Shown piece by piece: positions 60,042 through 64,000 of a stretch of DNA of 64,000 nucleotides; the stretch's first letter is position 1; every line of letters begins with the position of its first letter. The position numbers and the translations under genes were made by a program. Source of the stretch: Vicugna vicugna (lineage: Eukaryota); contig MU060547.1 in the NCBI GenBank assembly GCA_013265495.1, positions 5,671,678 through 5,735,677 on the forward strand, read 5' to 3'. The notes beneath the pieces are model-generated. The model was not told where the DNA came from. It ran no database searches and was given only the letters and a program-made list of their open reading frames with translations.

Positions 60042-63000
60042 TCTAATATTCTTTATCAAAGTTGTCATTTTATTGATTTTTTTCTGAGTATCCTGTTTAT
60101 TTTCTCTGCCTAAAATTCCTGTATCCTTAAATCCATCAGCTTTTTGATTCAGAATGTTTGACATTTACTGTAATAATAATTATTCATTTTGTTTATAACC
60201 ATCTTCTCCAGTGTTTTTATGTTTCCTTACTCCTTCCTCATCTTTTCCTTTTTCTTTCCACGCCTTCCCTAACCCCCTCACTCCCATCTCTCTCTCCTTC
60301 CACGAGGGTTTACTTTGTCCAAATAGAAAACTGTGCAGCAGGGCAACATCATCACGGACCTCAGTTATCATTTGTCTGTGTTGACAACTGGACAATCAGA
60401 TGAAAATCTCAAATTACATGATCTAATTATCTATTTGGTTCGCATATTAACTTTTAGTAGCTATATGGTTTTGACTACTGAAATCAACTTAACTCTATTT
60501 CAGTTAAACCAACCAGTCAGCAGATATGTACTGATGGTGTGCTATGGACGATGGCAATCCTGAGTGTAGTAAAGGTGACAGACGAGCCATTATTTTGAAA
60601 ATGTCTGCAAGATGTTCAATTTTGGATTGTGGAGAGGAAAAGGTTCAAGAATTTAGTCGGGAGTGGGTAGGCATAAAAACTTCCCAAGGCACTGAGTGAC
60701 TTGGAGAATTAGGAGAGGAGAAATAAGTGCAGAAGTGACTTGGACCCTAAGAAAAAGTTTCGACATGGCAATGGAAGACAGTTCTGTCAAGTAAGTGGGT
60801 GATAATCCAAGTTCCACCCATGAATTTGGAAGAATGCTAGGAAAATAATCCTTCCCCTCCCCCGTTTTTTCTTTATCTTTTCAAACCCTTGTGTCGAAGG
60901 GCTGACTTTCAACAGACTGCAGCAAGGGAACCGCTTTGCTACGTATGAAACCCTGACCCCAAAATGATCCTTTTTGAACTTTCCACTATTTCCCCCAGGA
61001 AAGTGAACATTATCTTATTTTTTTCAGCATATTGGAACATCTGTCTTTTTGACTAAATCCTGGTTCACATGCTAAAATATTACAGACACACAGTTTAAAT
61101 ATGTAGAGAGGAAGAGGGAGCAAAGAAGGCTGGAAAGTTCACAGACTTTCTAACAAAGAGCCAAGTCCAAATATATTTTAGACATTCGAAAACCTCTCCA
61201 TACTCCAACCAAATATTTATAGCTTATTTTCTGTCAGCGATCTTGTTTTATTTTTCAGTATTGGTTGGAATGATATTATGTTGGAAATGTTAGATGACTG
61301 TGTTGAAGACATTCTTTAAACCAGGAAAAAAAAATTAGTGTGAAATGATTAAATAACAGGGAGTCTAAGTTATAAATGGACTATAATAGTTCATTTGAAA
61401 ATGCACCATTTGGAACTCAAAACACATTTTTCACCTTCATTTGTGTTTCTCAAACCAGAGGCTACAGTCCCCTTGGGGTCTTCACTATTTATGGGCATTT
61501 TTTTTTTCAATTTGATGTTTTCATTTTGATCCTAACACAACAAACATGACAACAAATACACTTTTATCTTGCATAATGGTAAGCCATGTCTTTGTAGTAA
61601 AAAATTACGTCTGAAATACAGTATATAGAATATTTTCATTTATTTAACTTGGTGTTTTTCAAATGGCTGTCTGTAAATCCCCAGAAAACCTTGAACCTAC
61701 TGAATTGCTTTTTCTTCAAAAAGAATCTGTATCTTACTCAAACTGAGCAAAGAACTGGCATAGACCCAATACTGCAAATAGTAAAGTTTCAAGGTTAGAT
61801 TAGAAGAAAGTTATTTAGCTCTTAATCTCGCTATATATTAGGTATAAATTCCTGTGTCCAGGAATAAGGGTCATTTGTTAGAGGAAGGACAGAAAGGGAG
61901 GCAGGATATTTCCTTATCTGTCTCTGGCCATAGGAAAATTTTTAATAGAATTTGTCTTTTTCTGCCTTCTGTCTTCTTGGTCCCCATCTCCCTGATTCTG
62001 AAATCATCCTCCCCTAATCTTTGGAGTTCTTTGAGCTGCATCAACTCCCCTACAACAAGTCTTCACTTGAGGTATGAGTGTCCTATCTCACAAATTACTC
62101 CACGCAGCAAAATGACCATCTTGTCTCTTTCACTGTGAAACAAACACACATATCTACAAATTCAGTGGAGCGACTCTCAGAAGGAAAGCAATTTGGCTGC
62201 ATTAACTGATATTAAGGTATGAATGATGGCTATTCCCAAATATATTTATCAAACGAGTCCTGTTTTTCAAAACACTTTCTCCTCTTTTTCCAAATCTGAG
62301 TAGACACAGTCCAAGTTTTGGTTTGTTTGTTCATTTTGTTTTAGAATTTCTCCTGTGGCTCTCTTGGCTTAATATTTGATACTAGTGCAATGGCAAAGGT
62401 GGAACTCTGGGCATTTTTTTTTTTTTAGTTAATATAATCAGCAAAAGTAAGTTGGAGGCTGCCTGTAAATAATATATAAATCAGTGGCTACCGGAGGCTG
62501 ACATACTGACTTTTGAGATGTTTGGATTAGGCTCACTGGTTACCAAGTTGCTACGAGGGCACGGGAATGAACCATGCTCCTAAGGACTGTGTCCTTCTGG
62601 TTTCAGAGAGGAATTTCTGAAACCGCTGAACTCTGGTAGCTCTTTGTACCATGGCCTCACTACACAGCGCTTGTCACTAATTGGCAGCAGCTGCTCTAGA
62701 CAGACCTGGTCTTGGGAAACAGACTGAAGGCTCTTCTCTGCCCTTAGGAAATCCGTCTCTCCAGGTGAGGTTTGAGGCCATGTGCACAGCCCGATGTCAA
62801 GTTTGTTTTCCTGCTGTTCGGCCAATGGACAAATTAAAGGTCTCAACATTTTAGTGTCACTAGCGCATTCTTTCAGATATTCTGAAAATAAGCACTTTTC
62901 ATTCAAACATGCCTTTTTTTTTTTCCAATTCCCGATTTAAGGGCCACACAGCACTTAATCCATGATCTAAACAAATGCATCTCTGAGAACTTAATACAAT

Positions 63001-64000
63001 TTGGCATAAAAACGAGGCTGACATTCGATTTCTCATAGCATTGTTAACTGGTTGTTATTTGCTGGATTTGGATTCGCTCTTAAAAATGGGGAAGAGAGAG
63101 TCATTTTCCCTAAACATGTAGGCAGAAGATGCTGCCCATCATTATTTTAACTTTTCAAGGAGGCCACTAGGGTTCCAACAGCAGTAATTTCCCAGAGTCC
63201 TAGACCACCAGTGACATTATTTTTAGTGCTTTGCTCTTCTTTACAATATTACAAAAATGAATCTTATTCTGTTTTTAATCATAAGCTTTATCCAGCAATC
63301 AAGGTAGGTATGTAATAAGCTAAGCTACCCTGTAAATCTAAACATTCCCTACAAATGGAAAAGATACAGCCTGGCCTCTCTGATGGTTACTAAGGCGACT
63401 ATCTGAAATGAAAATCTGATTAACCCTTTTGCTGCCTGGAACTACCCCTGTACCACGTTAGCTGACTTCCCTGCACTTATCTCTCCCTTTTCCCCCTCAA
63501 GAAATTCATAATTGCATTGCTCCGGAGGAGTTATGCTCTGGTTACCCTATCTGAGAGGACTGTGGTGGGTGGTAGGCCCATCTAGGCAGCTGAGTGGGGT
63601 GGCTGCCTCACCACGAGGACACAGACATTAAAACAGAGGGCACACGATTTTCTGCTTACTTAAGGCATCCGTTGGATCAAATCCCTGACAACATTAAAGG
63701 ATTCCCATTCAATACATAGCAGAGTCCTACTGTATTTTCCTTTCACTCAGGAAGTAATTTGACAGTAAAAGCTGTATGTTTCACAAACATATTTTTCTCA
63801 ACTATTTTTGAATGACATTAGCAACTGTTAACATGTGCTGGGAAGAATACTATTTCAAAGCATTATGCAGAATTTTAGCCAAGAACAAATATTCATCAAG
63901 CACTCTCTATTTCCCTTGTACAGTTAAACCAAAAACAGGGAGTTCAACAGCCAGGGAGAAGGGGATAAGAACACGTAGCCCCATGTACTTCTGACAATGG

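Overview
AT-rich, CpG-depleted mammalian genomic DNA. Three tRNA-derived SINEs resemble the camelid Vic-1 family, so the source is most likely a camelid (alpaca, vicuna or camel). This is an inference. The window looks like a very large intron or intergenic stretch. Most of it is old interspersed repeats (MIR, L2, L1M, MaLR/ERVL LTRs, hAT elements Charlie1a, MER5A, MER58A, MER81) plus a few younger L1 3' ends and SINEs with clear target-site duplications. Ten N-gap sites total about 2.3 kb, and every long X-containing ORF in the track is a gap artefact. The only well-supported gene feature is a 112-nt minus-strand exon (43136-43247) with strong splice signals and an open frame, [38 protein letters not shown] do not recognise the gene. 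Several weaker minus-strand exon candidates are listed as hypotheses. I found no convincing novel biological system, CRISPR array, true tRNA/rRNA gene or intact transposon ORF. The best leads are the exon and its possible partners, a perfect 16-bp hairpin over a candidate splice acceptor, a 24-bp POU-motif palindrome, CpG-retaining patches and a nested L1 insertion. Coordinates of old repeats are approximate because they were recognised by eye.
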